Shown: one piece after another, positions 1-7,852 of the stretch
Layout of the letters: each line of letters begins with the position of its first letter
How positions within the stretch are numbered: position 1 is the stretch's first letter
NCBI GenBank assembly: GCA_963818605.1
Contig: CAWFSW010000008.1
Span: forward strand, 2,589-66,588
Source of the DNA: an uncultured Acidobacteriota bacterium
GTDB lineage: Bacteria > Acidobacteriota > Terriglobia > Acidiferrales > UBA7541
Length of the DNA: 64,000 bases
Direction: 5' to 3'
Translations under genes and position numbers: made by a program
The notes under the pieces: model-generated
Database searches by the model: none
What the model saw: the letters and a program-made list of their open reading frames with translations, nothing else
What the model was told of the DNA's origin: nothing

Positions 1-8
1 AGGATTTC

Positions 9-227
9 ATGGCAAACGATTCGCATCAGAGAGCCGCTGAGTTCCACGAGCAGGCCGCGCACGCGCATCGCGCGGCCGCGATGCATCACGGCAAGGAAGA
101 TCACCAGACGGGACACGAGCACGCCAGGCAAGCGATGGAACATGCGGCCAGGGCCTTCCGCCAATCTCAGGAAGCCCTCGAACAATCCGCCATGTTTGCC
201 GGCGGCCAGGGAACGAAGAAAAGCTGA
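9..227 (+). CDS. small His/Ala/Glu-rich hypothetical protein (72 aa)
   Basis: ATG ORF from the track. Low-complexity helical H/A/E-rich sequence with no domain I recognise. Confidence 0.4.
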   Translation: MANDSHQRAAEFHEQAAHAHRAAAMHHGKEDHQTGHEHARQAMEHAARAFRQSQEALEQSAMFAGGQGTKKS

Positions 228-308
228 CGATTCCGTTGCCGCTTCTTGCCGTGTCATTCGGACCAGCGCAAGAAGTCTCTCTTCGCGGACGCAGCCGTCA
301 AGTCGGCG

Positions 309-515
309 CTACTTTTTCGAGATCTCAGCCCTGAATCGGTTTTCGACTTCCTCGCGGCTCAGCGGATTTTTCACTTTGTCCAGCACGATCGAATAGACCA
401 CTTCGTTCTTTTCGACCTGCGCGGTGATAAACGAGCCGTTGCCGGGCAGCTCTTGATTTGTGAATTTCACTCGTCTGCCGTCTTCGAGTGTTTTGACCCA
501 TTCCTCGATAGGCAT
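309..515 (-). CDS. hypothetical small protein (about 68 aa from the internal Met MPIEEW)
   Basis: ORF 309..578. The N-terminal 21 codons look non-native, so I trimmed to the internal ATG. No recognisable domain. Confidence 0.3.
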   Translation of the reverse strand: MPIEEWVKTLEDGRRVKFTNQELPGNGSFITAQVEKNEVVYSIVLDKVKNPLSREEVENRFRAEISKK

Positions 516-881
516 GTTGTTTCTCGTCAGCGCGGTGTTGGTATTCCGCGCAGTATTGCCACGCGACAGTGATCCCATCGCCGCGAGCGCGTGCAGGCTA
601 TCACGCGCGCCGCGTTTTGTCGCGGACGACTAAGCGGCAGCGTCTGCCGGTTTCAGCAATTTGCGTCGCTTCTTTTTCAGTGCGGCGAGGATAGCAACTT
701 CAGCCCGGGCGGACGTCGCCATGCGTGGCGCCGCCATCTCCCTCTTCACTCGGGCGAGAAGTTTTCCGTTCCGCGCCTTCGTGACCGTTCTCTTACGCAT
801 ACCCGGATGATGTTCCCGAATCAGCACGAAAGCTGTTCCATAGTGCACACCCGCTGCAGCCGCCGCGTCCGCGCCGTCCGC

Positions 882-944
882 TTTCGTAGGGGCACGATAT
901 ATCGTGCCCGGCAATGATGCTTGGCGCGATGCGGCCCATCCGTC
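882..944 (-). repeat. GC-rich palindromic repeat, family B (TTGCCGGGCAnnGCATGCnnTGCCCCTAC type), inverted copy
   Basis: The reverse complement aligns with copies at 61652-61712, 63063-63122 and 63142-63203. Core hairpin is GGGCACGATATATCGTGCCC. Confidence 0.65.
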
Positions 945-1026
945 TCGTGTCACGCGCTCGAGCCTTTGATTTGTACCGCCGGCGTCTCGCCGGCTAATTC
1001 GAATCCGTTCTCCGCCGTCTCTGTGC

Positions 1027-1060
1027 CTTCTCTGTGTGCTCTGTGGTAAGTCTTAGGGGT
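1027..1060 (-). repeat. CACAGAG-type short tandem motif block (family D), reverse orientation
   Basis: ctctgtgccttctctgtgtgctctgtgg is the complement of the CACAGAG-rich blocks at 1539-1585 and 61514-61567. Confidence 0.5.
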
Positions 1061-1088
1061 TTCTCTCTGCACCTGCTTTCCCGCTCTG

Positions 1089-1382
1089 TTACACGCCCTC
1101 CACAATCCGAAAATCGCGCTTCACTTTGCCGTCGATCACCTTCAACGCCGCCTGATAACCCTCGCTGTCATACGTCGCAATCGCTTTCTCGATGCTCTCG
1201 AACTCGACCACAATCGCCGGCTCGTTCACGCCCGCCTCGTGCACGTTCGCCGGATTACCCCTGATGATCAGCCGCCCTCCCGCCGCCTCAATCACCGGCC
1301 TCGCGAGCTTCGCGTACTCCGCCATCACGCCGCCGTCCGCACCCGACACATGCAAAACAATCCAATATCCCTTCTTCGCCAT
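1089..1382 (-). CDS. DUF1330 domain protein
   Basis: 97-aa ORF. MAKKGYWIV...VVEFESIEKAIATYDSEGYQAA matches the DUF1330 pattern from memory. Confidence 0.8.
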   Translation of the reverse strand: MAKKGYWIVLHVSGADGGVMAEYAKLARPVIEAAGGRLIIRGNPANVHEAGVNEPAIVVEFESIEKAIATYDSEGYQAALKVIDGKVKRDFRIVEGV

Positions 1383-1538
1383 TGAGCTCTCCTATCCGTC
1401 GCAGTTTCCATTTCAATTTTTGCGTCGACCGACAATCTACGCGCAGTGGCTCGCGAGCGCAATCCGTACGGGCCAAGATTTGAATGTAGCGCCGCGGTCT
1501 TTAGCGCGGCACTCGACGAATCGGGCGCAGCAACAAGA

Positions 1539-1630
1539 TTTACCACAGAGAACATTGAGAAGGCACAGAGAGCACAGAGGAAGATTAAAATCCCCACCCT
1601 TTGTTGCGCAAAGAGCGGGGCACCCGCGCC
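1539..1630 (+). repeat. composite intergenic repeat: CACAGAG block (family D) followed by the family C core (AAAATCCCCACCCTT...GGGGCACCCG)
   Basis: The same two modules recur elsewhere. Family C also occurs at 3606-3727 and 6511-6624, and family D at 1027-1060 and 61514-61567. Confidence 0.6.
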
Positions 1631-1872
1631 ATCTGCTCACATACTTTCGCGGAAGTGAGGGACCCCAGCTACCCGGTTCACTGTAAAAACCACCAGCCGA
1701 GTCCCTACGTAAGAGAGACCGCGAACCATGCAGTTCTTTCGGGGGGACTAGTACGAACTCGTACCATCCGCCCCTGACAATTAAGCACTTAGTGCCACGC
1801 GATTTGGATGGCGACGTGCGCCTTGCCTTAGTAGCTGTGACACCACAGCGGAAGCGAAACAGGAGGGTAGCC

Positions 1873-2586
1873 ATGTTTGACGAACTGCTGGTTTCGGGAC
1901 CCACGGCTGATATGGCGCACACGCGCAAGCCTTGGTCGGTAGGTCTCGCCGTGATCGTTCAGTCGGCGATTCTCGGCACGATTCTACTGATACCGTTGAT
2001 CTACACGCAGACGCTGCCCAACGCGATGATCAATACGTTTCTGGTCGCGCCGCCGCCGCCCGCGCCGCCTCCTCCGCCGCAACAGGCCGTGGTAAAGCAG
2101 GTGCAGCCGAAGACTTTCGCGGTGAACCGCATGGTGGCGCCGACGATGATCCCAAAGCAGGTGGAGATCGCGAAGGATGAAGCGCCGCCGTCCGTGGCGG
2201 CGTCTGACACGGCGGGAGTGGCTGGCGGAACGGGCGATGTGCTGGGCGGAATTGGCACGGGAGTAGCGCCTCCGCCACCACCGCCGGCCGCCACACCGAA
2301 CCGCATCAAGGTCGGCGGCGACGTGGAATCTGCGTCGCTGGTGAAGCAGGTGACGCCGGATTATCCGCCTATCGCCAAGACGGCCCACGTTTCGGGTACG
2401 GTGACTTTGCACGCCATCATCTCAAAGAACGGCTCGATCGAGAAACTCGAGTACGTGTCCGGGCCGCCGCTGCTGATGGCGTCGGCGATCAGCGCAGTGA
2501 AGGAATGGAAGTACCGCCCGACGATGCTGAACGGCCAGCCGGTAGAGGTTGATACGACCGTGCAGGTGGTTTTCTCCCTGGCATAA
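1873..2586 (+). CDS. tonB: energy transducer TonB family protein
   Basis: AGGAGG at 1861-1866 precedes the ATG at 1873. N-terminal TM helix, Pro-rich linker (PPPPAPPPPP) and a TonB C-terminal domain (VTPDYPPIAKTAHVSGTVTLHAIISKNG...). Confidence 0.85.
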   Translation: MFDELLVSGPTADMAHTRKPWSVGLAVIVQSAILGTILLIPLIYTQTLPNAMINTFLVAPPPPAPPPPPQQAVVKQVQPKTFAVNRMVAPTMIPKQVEIAKDEAPPSVAASDTAGVAGGTGDVLGGIGTGVAPPPPPPAATPNRIKVGGDVESASLVKQVTPDYPPIAKTAHVSGTVTLHAIISKNGSIEKLEYVSGPPLLMASAISAVKEWKYRPTMLNGQPVEVDTTVQVVFSLA

Positions 2587-2822
2587 CAGCAAGGAGAGAA
2601 CTCAGGTGGCGCGGCGGTGATGCCATTCCGGACCATGTCAACGTATAAACGACTGGTGCCCCAGCCGCCGCGCCTGTGGGCTTTTTGATGAGAAAACTTT
2701 AATTGCCAAGATCTGGGGCGCCCGCCAATCGGTGTCCGTTTACTACCACGACAAAGTACCATCGTGCTTAACCGTTCCGTCATCCAGAGTCGTTGTGAGC
2801 CCGACTCTTGGAGGACAACGCA

Positions 2823-3566
2823 ATGAGACGCACACTGGCACTTTTCCTAGTTTCAACCTTTGCACTACCCCTATCGGCGCAACAAACGCAGACAATCCAG
2901 ATGGAATGCCGCGATATGGCCGCCAGCGGCAACTATATCGGGCCAGATGAAACAGTTATCAACGGAAGGGCTTGCCGCCAAGTTGCCGTAACCGTCAAAA
3001 CTGCGGAGCCGGTTGAAGCTGCGGCGCAACCTGAGGCAGTTCCCGCATCGGTATCGCAGCCGCCGACCGACGCGCTGGCTCCAAAAGGATTCTTGCTAGA
3101 AGACTCCACGCCTGTGCATCTCGTTATATCGGAGACCCTGTCCTCTGCAAGTGCGGTCACCGGACAAACCGTGGAGTTTGAAGTTGTGGACGACATTGTG
3201 GTGAACGGCCTGCTTGTCATTCCTCGCGGATCGACCGCATGGGCCACGGTGACGGAGGCGGAACATAAGCGTCATCTCGGCAAGCCCGGAAAGCTTGACA
3301 TCAATATCGACAAGGTACGACTTGCCGATGGCGAGAAAGCATTGCTTCGCGCGGTTAAGGACGTTCAAGGCGGCGGACACACAGGAGCGATGACCGGAGC
3401 AATAGTCGCAACTTCTCTGGTTCTGTGGCCTGCGGCACCCTTCTTCCTGCTCATGCACGGTAAGGACATCACGATCCCCAAGGGGACGCAAATTACCGCA
3501 TTTATTCAAGGTGACGTGCGGTTGGATGCGAACAAGTTCCAGAGGGAACTCGCTGTAAAGCAATGA
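2823..3566 (+). CDS. secreted or membrane-anchored hypothetical protein
   Basis: GGAGG lies 9 nt upstream of the ATG at 2823. Signal peptide MRRTLALFLVSTFALPLSAQQ, plus a hydrophobic segment near the C-terminus. No known domain recognised. Confidence 0.55.
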   Translation: MRRTLALFLVSTFALPLSAQQTQTIQMECRDMAASGNYIGPDETVINGRACRQVAVTVKTAEPVEAAAQPEAVPASVSQPPTDALAPKGFLLEDSTPVHLVISETLSSASAVTGQTVEFEVVDDIVVNGLLVIPRGSTAWATVTEAEHKRHLGKPGKLDINIDKVRLADGEKALLRAVKDVQGGGHTGAMTGAIVATSLVLWPAAPFFLLMHGKDITIPKGTQITAFIQGDVRLDANKFQRELAVKQ

Positions 3567-3605
3567 GCGATGCTCGGGTGTGGGGCCTCGCGAGGGGCTG
3601 AAGCG

Positions 3606-3727
3606 TGCCCGTGGGCTTTTCATTTCGGGGCGCGGGATGAGCGACGACGAAAAATCCCCACCCTTCGCGAAGCGAAGGATGGGGCACCCGGAAAATCAAA
3701 CACTAATGCGTGGGCCACCCGCCCGTC
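3606..3727 (+). repeat. family C repeat, long copy (about 120 nt), left boundary of the low-GC islet
   Basis: Aligns by eye at roughly 70% identity with the reverse complement of 6511-6624. The core is also shared with 1587-1630. Confidence 0.6.
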
Positions 3728-4505
3728 ATATCTTAGGGACTTTAGTTTGCGCCTCCCAAGTTGACACAATGAAGGTCGCCATAGCGCCTGCCAGGTTAAC
3801 CGCCAATTCAGCGTGACGCGGAGAGGGTTTCGGTGCCTTCTTGCCCTTGCCGTGCGCGTCGCTAAGCTTGTTCCGGAGCGCTCCGAGGCCTTCGACCACA
3901 GATTTACAGCCGCCCAGGATCTGCTTAAAAATTTGTTCTGTGTGTTGGCTAGGGCTCAAATTTAACAACTCAGCCGTTAAACCGTAGAGTTTCGGCAAGT
4001 CATTTTTCTCGTCGTAGATTACTCCACCCTCATCCAAAACGTGTTTGCAAACCGATTCAACGAGAGTTCGCGCAGCGGTGATGGCACCCTCTGGATCGAC
4101 GTTCCTGCGATCGAGCGCTTTGCGCCAAGCCTCCGCGATATGTTCCGAATCCAGCCTAGCGATAGTCTTATAGATGTTGTCGTCTGTTGGATAGTCCGCT
4201 TCCGACTCGAGGATGCTGAGGGCTGGCTCAAAGGCGTCGCGAAGGTATTTCCTTCGTCCCTCCCAGCGCGGATGAATGGGTTTGATGAAGCCCCAGATGG
4301 CATCAATATCGCGGCATGTTCGCAAGAAACTTGGAAGCTGCTCCTTGACCCGCGAGATTGCGAGCAACTCCCGCCTGAGTCGTTGATAATTTTCGTTGCT
4401 GAATTCACCGCCCGTTACTGCCGCGATCAAGCCGTTTAACAGCGCCTCCACCTTCGAAAAGAGGTCTCCCGGTTTGCCGTGTGAGGAAGCGGTAATGGGG
4501 CTCAT
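3726..4505 (-). CDS. Abi_C (abortive infection C-terminal) / HEPN-like protein
   Basis: The C-terminal segment ...VEGLGALRNKLSDAHGKGKK...AELAVNLAGAMATFIVSTW fits the Abi_C family pattern and contains R-x6-H (RNKLSDAH). Start is set at ATG 4505; an upstream TTG at 4577 is possible. Confidence 0.8.
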   Translation of the reverse strand: MSPITASSHGKPGDLFSKVEALLNGLIAAVTGGEFSNENYQRLRRELLAISRVKEQLPSFLRTCRDIDAIWGFIKPIHPRWEGRRKYLRDAFEPALSILESEADYPTDDNIYKTIARLDSEHIAEAWRKALDRRNVDPEGAITAARTLVESVCKHVLDEGGVIYDEKNDLPKLYGLTAELLNLSPSQHTEQIFKQILGGCKSVVEGLGALRNKLSDAHGKGKKAPKPSPRHAELAVNLAGAMATFIVSTWEAQTKVPKI

Positions 4506-4610
4506 CGCTTTCAGGTCAGCATAAGCGAGCCGTGGTTCGGATCGCAAGTTAGGGCCGACCCTGCTTTCATCTTGCAACCGTTTGCGCGCGCACTTGCTTA
4601 TCGCGTGGCT

Positions 4611-4976
4611 CTATTTGGGGCTGAACGCTAATCGAAATCGCGTCCGCAAATTAGGCATAGTAGGAGGATTCGTTCCAGTCTGATATGCAGGCTCAAAGGA
4701 CGGCACAAAACCAAGTTTTTCTCGGCTATAGGCTTTAATATCGTTCCGTTCCGCTTCCGCGAAACCACTCACGTTACGTATTAATTCACTCGCTCTGGTA
4801 GGGTCCTTCGAAATCATGTCTGCAATCTCTGCTACCCGATACCAATTGTTAAAACTGGCCTGTGCTTTCGCGCGTAGAGACGAGCCGGACGCGACTGAAA
4901 TGAGGAATTGAATTAAGTTCACTACGCCTAAGATAACGGAAAGCACCGCAAGAATGTCTTTTGCGTTCTTCATCAA
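4611..4976 (-). CDS. single-pass membrane protein, hypothetical (121 aa)
   Basis: N-terminal hydrophobic helix ILAVLSVILGVVNLIQFLISV, then a soluble tail. Same strand as its two neighbours with short gaps to each. Lower GC than the flanks. Confidence 0.5.
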   Translation of the reverse strand: MMKNAKDILAVLSVILGVVNLIQFLISVASGSSLRAKAQASFNNWYRVAEIADMISKDPTRASELIRNVSGFAEAERNDIKAYSREKLGFVPSFEPAYQTGTNPPTMPNLRTRFRLAFSPK

Positions 4977-5045
4977 ACACCTCGTAATATGCAGATTGGC
5001 ATATAGAACCTTGAAACCAAAATCGAACCGGTCGGACGGCTTGCT

Positions 5046-5243
5046 TCAGTTCTGCGTCGCCTCGCACGGAACGTGTGTCTCGAAAGACTCAATCGTCGCG
5101 TACAACTTGTTGCAGGAAGGGCATGAGTAGCCGCCGCCCTTAGCTGGTTTCGGAGTGACATGTGCGCCGGCATGCCCTTCTACGAGGATGCATTGACCCT
5201 GAGGGCTGGAATCTACCAACGCAGTACATTGAAACTTATCCAT
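5046..5243 (-). CDS. small zinc-finger protein with a C-x2-C-x12-H-x2-C (C2HC) motif, 65 aa
   Basis: GGGGAGG lies 8 nt upstream of the ATG. YSCPSCNKLYATIESFETHVPC has classical C2H2-like spacing. An additional Cys/His cluster sits in the N-terminal half. Confidence 0.5.
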   Translation of the reverse strand: MDKFQCTALVDSSPQGQCILVEGHAGAHVTPKPAKGGGYSCPSCNKLYATIESFETHVPCEATQN

Positions 5244-5776
5244 TGTAGTAACCTCCCCAGCGTCGTTCGCCGTCCGCTACGTCGCGCAAGGCGGCAACGC
5301 TAGGCCCTGTCTAGGCCATGGGTAAATGCCTAACGCTGCCCTGGCGCGAAACTTGCAGACCATGCGCAGGATTGTAGCAGCCCGTCGGTTGCGTGTCGCA
5401 CCTGCGGCGCTTGCCTCCCGGATGCCTGAGTTTCCTCGCCCTCACGGGCGGGGCTAACGTCTGTCGCGCCTCCGGCGCTTTACCGAAAACGGCGGGCGGT
5501 ACCAAGGCGAGGAAACGTCAACAACCCACCCTTTCCTCTCCGTAGCACCTGATCGCAACGTATTTCCGCGGCGGGTGGCTCACCCTTCAGCACTTTTGCG
5601 TTCCGCTAAATTCGTCCACCTACGAGCGGATCACACCCGCGTTACTTCGAGCCACACAGAACATTCGAGGGTGCCGCACTCTTCGTTTCCCAGAAGGGTG
5701 CGGCCTTTGCCTGTCGTCTACGTAGTTTCCACACTAGAAAGTGCGTCGAGTTTACGTCACGATAGCCCTTGACGAA

Positions 5777-5798
5777 ATTATCCCAATACTAGGATAAT
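5777..5798. promoter_or_regulatory. inverted repeat ATTATCC-N8-GGATAAT just upstream of the higB-like start; candidate operator
   Basis: Perfect 7-bp arms at 5777-5783 and 5792-5798. A TTGACG hexamer lies at 5769-5774. The -10 assignment is uncertain because GATAAT ends only 3 nt before the ATG. Confidence 0.3.
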
Positions 5799-5801
5799 TG
5801 C

Positions 5802-6188
5802 ATGGTAAGGGCGAAGCTAGCCGCGGGTGAAAAACCACTATTCTGGGTCGGTTCGGCGAAACGTGACCTGCTCGCGTTTCCTGAGCCGGTGAAAGACGAG
5901 ATCGGCGTCGCACTGAGCGTGGCACAGTTTGGCGGCAAGCACCCGAAGGCAAAACCTTGGAAGGGTGACGGGGCTGGCGTATTCGAAGTTGTGGAAGACC
6001 ACCGGGGAGATACATACCGCGCGCTCTACACGGTCCGCTTTGAAGGCGCAGTTTACGTCCTCCACGCGTTCCAGAAGAAGTCGCCGCAGGGCATCAAGAC
6101 GCGGAGAGTTGACACAGAATTAATCAGCCAGAGGCTCCGTATGGCTACGCAGGACTACGAGGTGCGATATGGCCGGGCGAAAAACTAG
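5802..6188 (+). CDS. higB: HigB/RelE-type toxin, Gp49-like (DUF891) family
   Basis: KPLFWVGSAKRDLLAFPEPV...YRALYTVRFEGAVYVLHAFQKKSPQGIKT matches the Gp49/HigB-like family pattern. Confidence 0.85.
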   Translation: MVRAKLAAGEKPLFWVGSAKRDLLAFPEPVKDEIGVALSVAQFGGKHPKAKPWKGDGAGVFEVVEDHRGDTYRALYTVRFEGAVYVLHAFQKKSPQGIKTRRVDTELISQRLRMATQDYEVRYGRAKN

Positions 6189-6507
6189 GTCGGGAATCAC
6201 GCCAAGTTCGGGCAACGTATTCACCGACCTGCGTCTGCCGAACGCGGACGAAAAGCAAACGAAGGTCCGGCTCGCAGTGGCGATCAATCAGATTATCGCC
6301 GGCCAGGAACTATCTCAGGTGGCGGCAGCGCGTCACCTGAAAATCAATCAGCCTAAGATTTCCGCGCTCGCCAATTACCGCCTGGATGGCTTTTCCGTGG
6401 AACGGCTGATGCATTTCCTCACTGCGCTTGACCGCGACGTCGAGATCGTCATTCGCCCCAAGCCCCGCTCGCGGAAAGAAGCGCGCATCCTTGTAAGCGC
6501 CGCGTAG
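6169..6507 (+). CDS. higA: XRE-family HTH antitoxin (HigA-like, HTH_37 type)
   Basis: Overlaps the toxin gene by 20 nt. NVFTDLRLPNADEKQTKVRLAVAINQII...LSQVAAARHLKINQPKISALANYRLDGFSVERLMHFL is the typical partner of Gp49-like toxins. Confidence 0.85.
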   Translation: MAGRKTRSGITPSSGNVFTDLRLPNADEKQTKVRLAVAINQIIAGQELSQVAAARHLKINQPKISALANYRLDGFSVERLMHFLTALDRDVEIVIRPKPRSRKEARILVSAA

Positions 6508-6510
6508 TTT

Positions 6511-6624
6511 CGCGCCAGGTGGTCCAGGCTTTGGCTCTTGATTTTCCGGTTGCCCCATTCTTTGCGCAGCAAAGGGCGGAGATTTTCCCTCGCCCCCACC
6601 CCTCATCAAAAAGTCCACAGGCGC
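6511..6624 (-). repeat. family C repeat, long copy in inverted orientation, right boundary of the low-GC islet
   Basis: Starts 4 nt after the higA stop. Its reverse complement aligns with 3606-3727. Confidence 0.6.
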
Positions 6625-6874
6625 CGCTTGACAATTTCGAGTCTCTCTCCTGCTAGCGTGAGTCTGGGCACTATTGCGCCCACGAGGAACCGAGATGGAC
6701 GCATTGACTCCCGCCGGTCGGCGGGGCATCAGCGCAGAAAAGCCGGCCACCGCTCGAACGCGAAGAGCGAGAAGCAGTCGGCTCTTCTGCGGCATACCGC
6801 TCTCGCTTCCTCCCGATGTCAGGGTCGACAGGAGCCACCACAAGCTAACCCACTGGCCGTCGTTTTTGGCGCCA

Positions 6875-6958
6875 AATTACTCGACACACGTGCCGAGTAA
6901 TTTTCGCCGTAGCTCACACAAAACAAAAGAAAGGGGCACATGCCAAGTGACACACAAT
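6875..6958 (+). repeat. family E repeat with an 11-bp-arm palindrome (TTACTCGACAC AC GTGCCGAGTAA)
   Basis: A near-identical ~75-nt copy lies at 56179-56257 in the same orientation. It shares the tail AAAACAAA(A)GAAAGGGGCACA. Confidence 0.65.
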
Positions 6959-7149
6959 TGGGGGTGTGTGCGCCCCCATATTTCATGGGGGACGAGCGGT
7001 CAATTTGACCGTTCGGCGTTCGTTCACGGCGAGCACAATCGGCTGCGTCGGGGCCGCGATGTGGTTCCAAGTACCAAACCTCGCTTCCCGCCCGCCAAAA
7101 TGACTACAATTGCGCGTCAGAGGAAAACGATCGTCGAGGAGCCCTGCGT

Positions 7150-7791
7150 ATGAACCCGAACAACAACGATGAACTGATGCCCACCGTGCAAGATCTGCTC
7201 GCCCGCGTGCGTCACCTGGAAGACACGCTCGAGATCCAGCAGCTGCAATCGAAATATATTCATCTCCTCTTCAAGCAGCGCTTCGACCGCATCGTAGACG
7301 AGTGCTTCGCGCACAATCTGCCCGACGTGTCCGTCGAGTTCTCCGATAGCGGCGTGTACCGCGGCTTGGAAAGCGTTCGCGCGCTTTACAAATCTTTCGA
7401 TGTGACGAAAACGATTCCGGGATTTTTCATCCTTCACATGGCCGCCAATCCGGTGGTCGAGATCGCCACCGACGGATTATCCGCGCGAAGTCACTGGCTG
7501 TCCCCCGGCGCTGCCGGCAGCATTTCGTCAGCCGCATGGATCTGGGGAACTTTTTACGTTGATTACGTGAAGGAAGATGGCCGCTGGAGGATCGCTCATT
7601 CCAACCTTGTGCCCGTGTTCCGGAACCGATACGAAACGAGCTGGACGCAGGCCCCCGATCACGGCACGGTGCGCGGCGTGCTTGCGGCCCAGCCGGACGA
7701 GCCTTCCACTCTCTACAAGCCCTACAACGAAGCCAAAAAGCAGCCGGACATGTTCGCCGGACATCCGCCGCTTCCGCAGCCGGAGCGCTAA
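7150..7791 (+). CDS. SnoaL-like / NTF2-superfamily protein
   Basis: 213-aa ORF. The pattern [14 protein letters not shown]...[13 protein letters not shown] is typical of the SnoaL_4/NTF2-like fold. Assignment is from memory. Confidence 0.65.
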   Translation: MNPNNNDELMPTVQDLLARVRHLEDTLEIQQLQSKYIHLLFKQRFDRIVDECFAHNLPDVSVEFSDSGVYRGLESVRALYKSFDVTKTIPGFFILHMAANPVVEIATDGLSARSHWLSPGAAGSISSAAWIWGTFYVDYVKEDGRWRIAHSNLVPVFRNRYETSWTQAPDHGTVRGVLAAQPDEPSTLYKPYNEAKKQPDMFAGHPPLPQPER

Positions 7792-7852
7792 TCACTCGAA
7801 CACGAAGATGCGCGCGAGGTCATTTCCGCAGTATGCTTTGGATGTATCTCAA

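Noticed and set aside
630-953. 107-aa ORF in the first kilobase.
   Set aside because: Its N-terminal half is the translation of a family B palindromic repeat (882-944). Only the basic C-terminal 56 codons (630-800) could be real, and I see no supporting signal.
1539-1585. CACAGAG-type periodic blocks considered as a possible CRISPR array or tandem-repeat antitoxin RNA.
   Set aside because: The units are 7-9 nt with no spacers of CRISPR size. No cas genes are present, and the copies are short and irregular.
5395-5445. On the minus strand, CAGGCAUCCGGGAGGCAAGCGCC resembles the SRP (4.5S) RNA helix-8 motif CAGGUCCGGAAGGAAGCAGCC, including a GNRA loop closed by CC/GG.
   Set aside because: The near-invariant symmetric-loop bases (AGGU / GGAAGCA) are not matched. 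The flanking sequence does not form the expected long closing helix. The location, a lower-GC accessory islet, is atypical for ffs. A cmscan with the bacterial SRP models would settle it.
6674-7153. 159-aa ORF spanning the higA-to-SnoaL intergenic region.
   Set aside because: It runs through the family E repeat, has biased Arg/Ser/Pro composition and lacks a ribosome-binding site. It is more likely non-coding.
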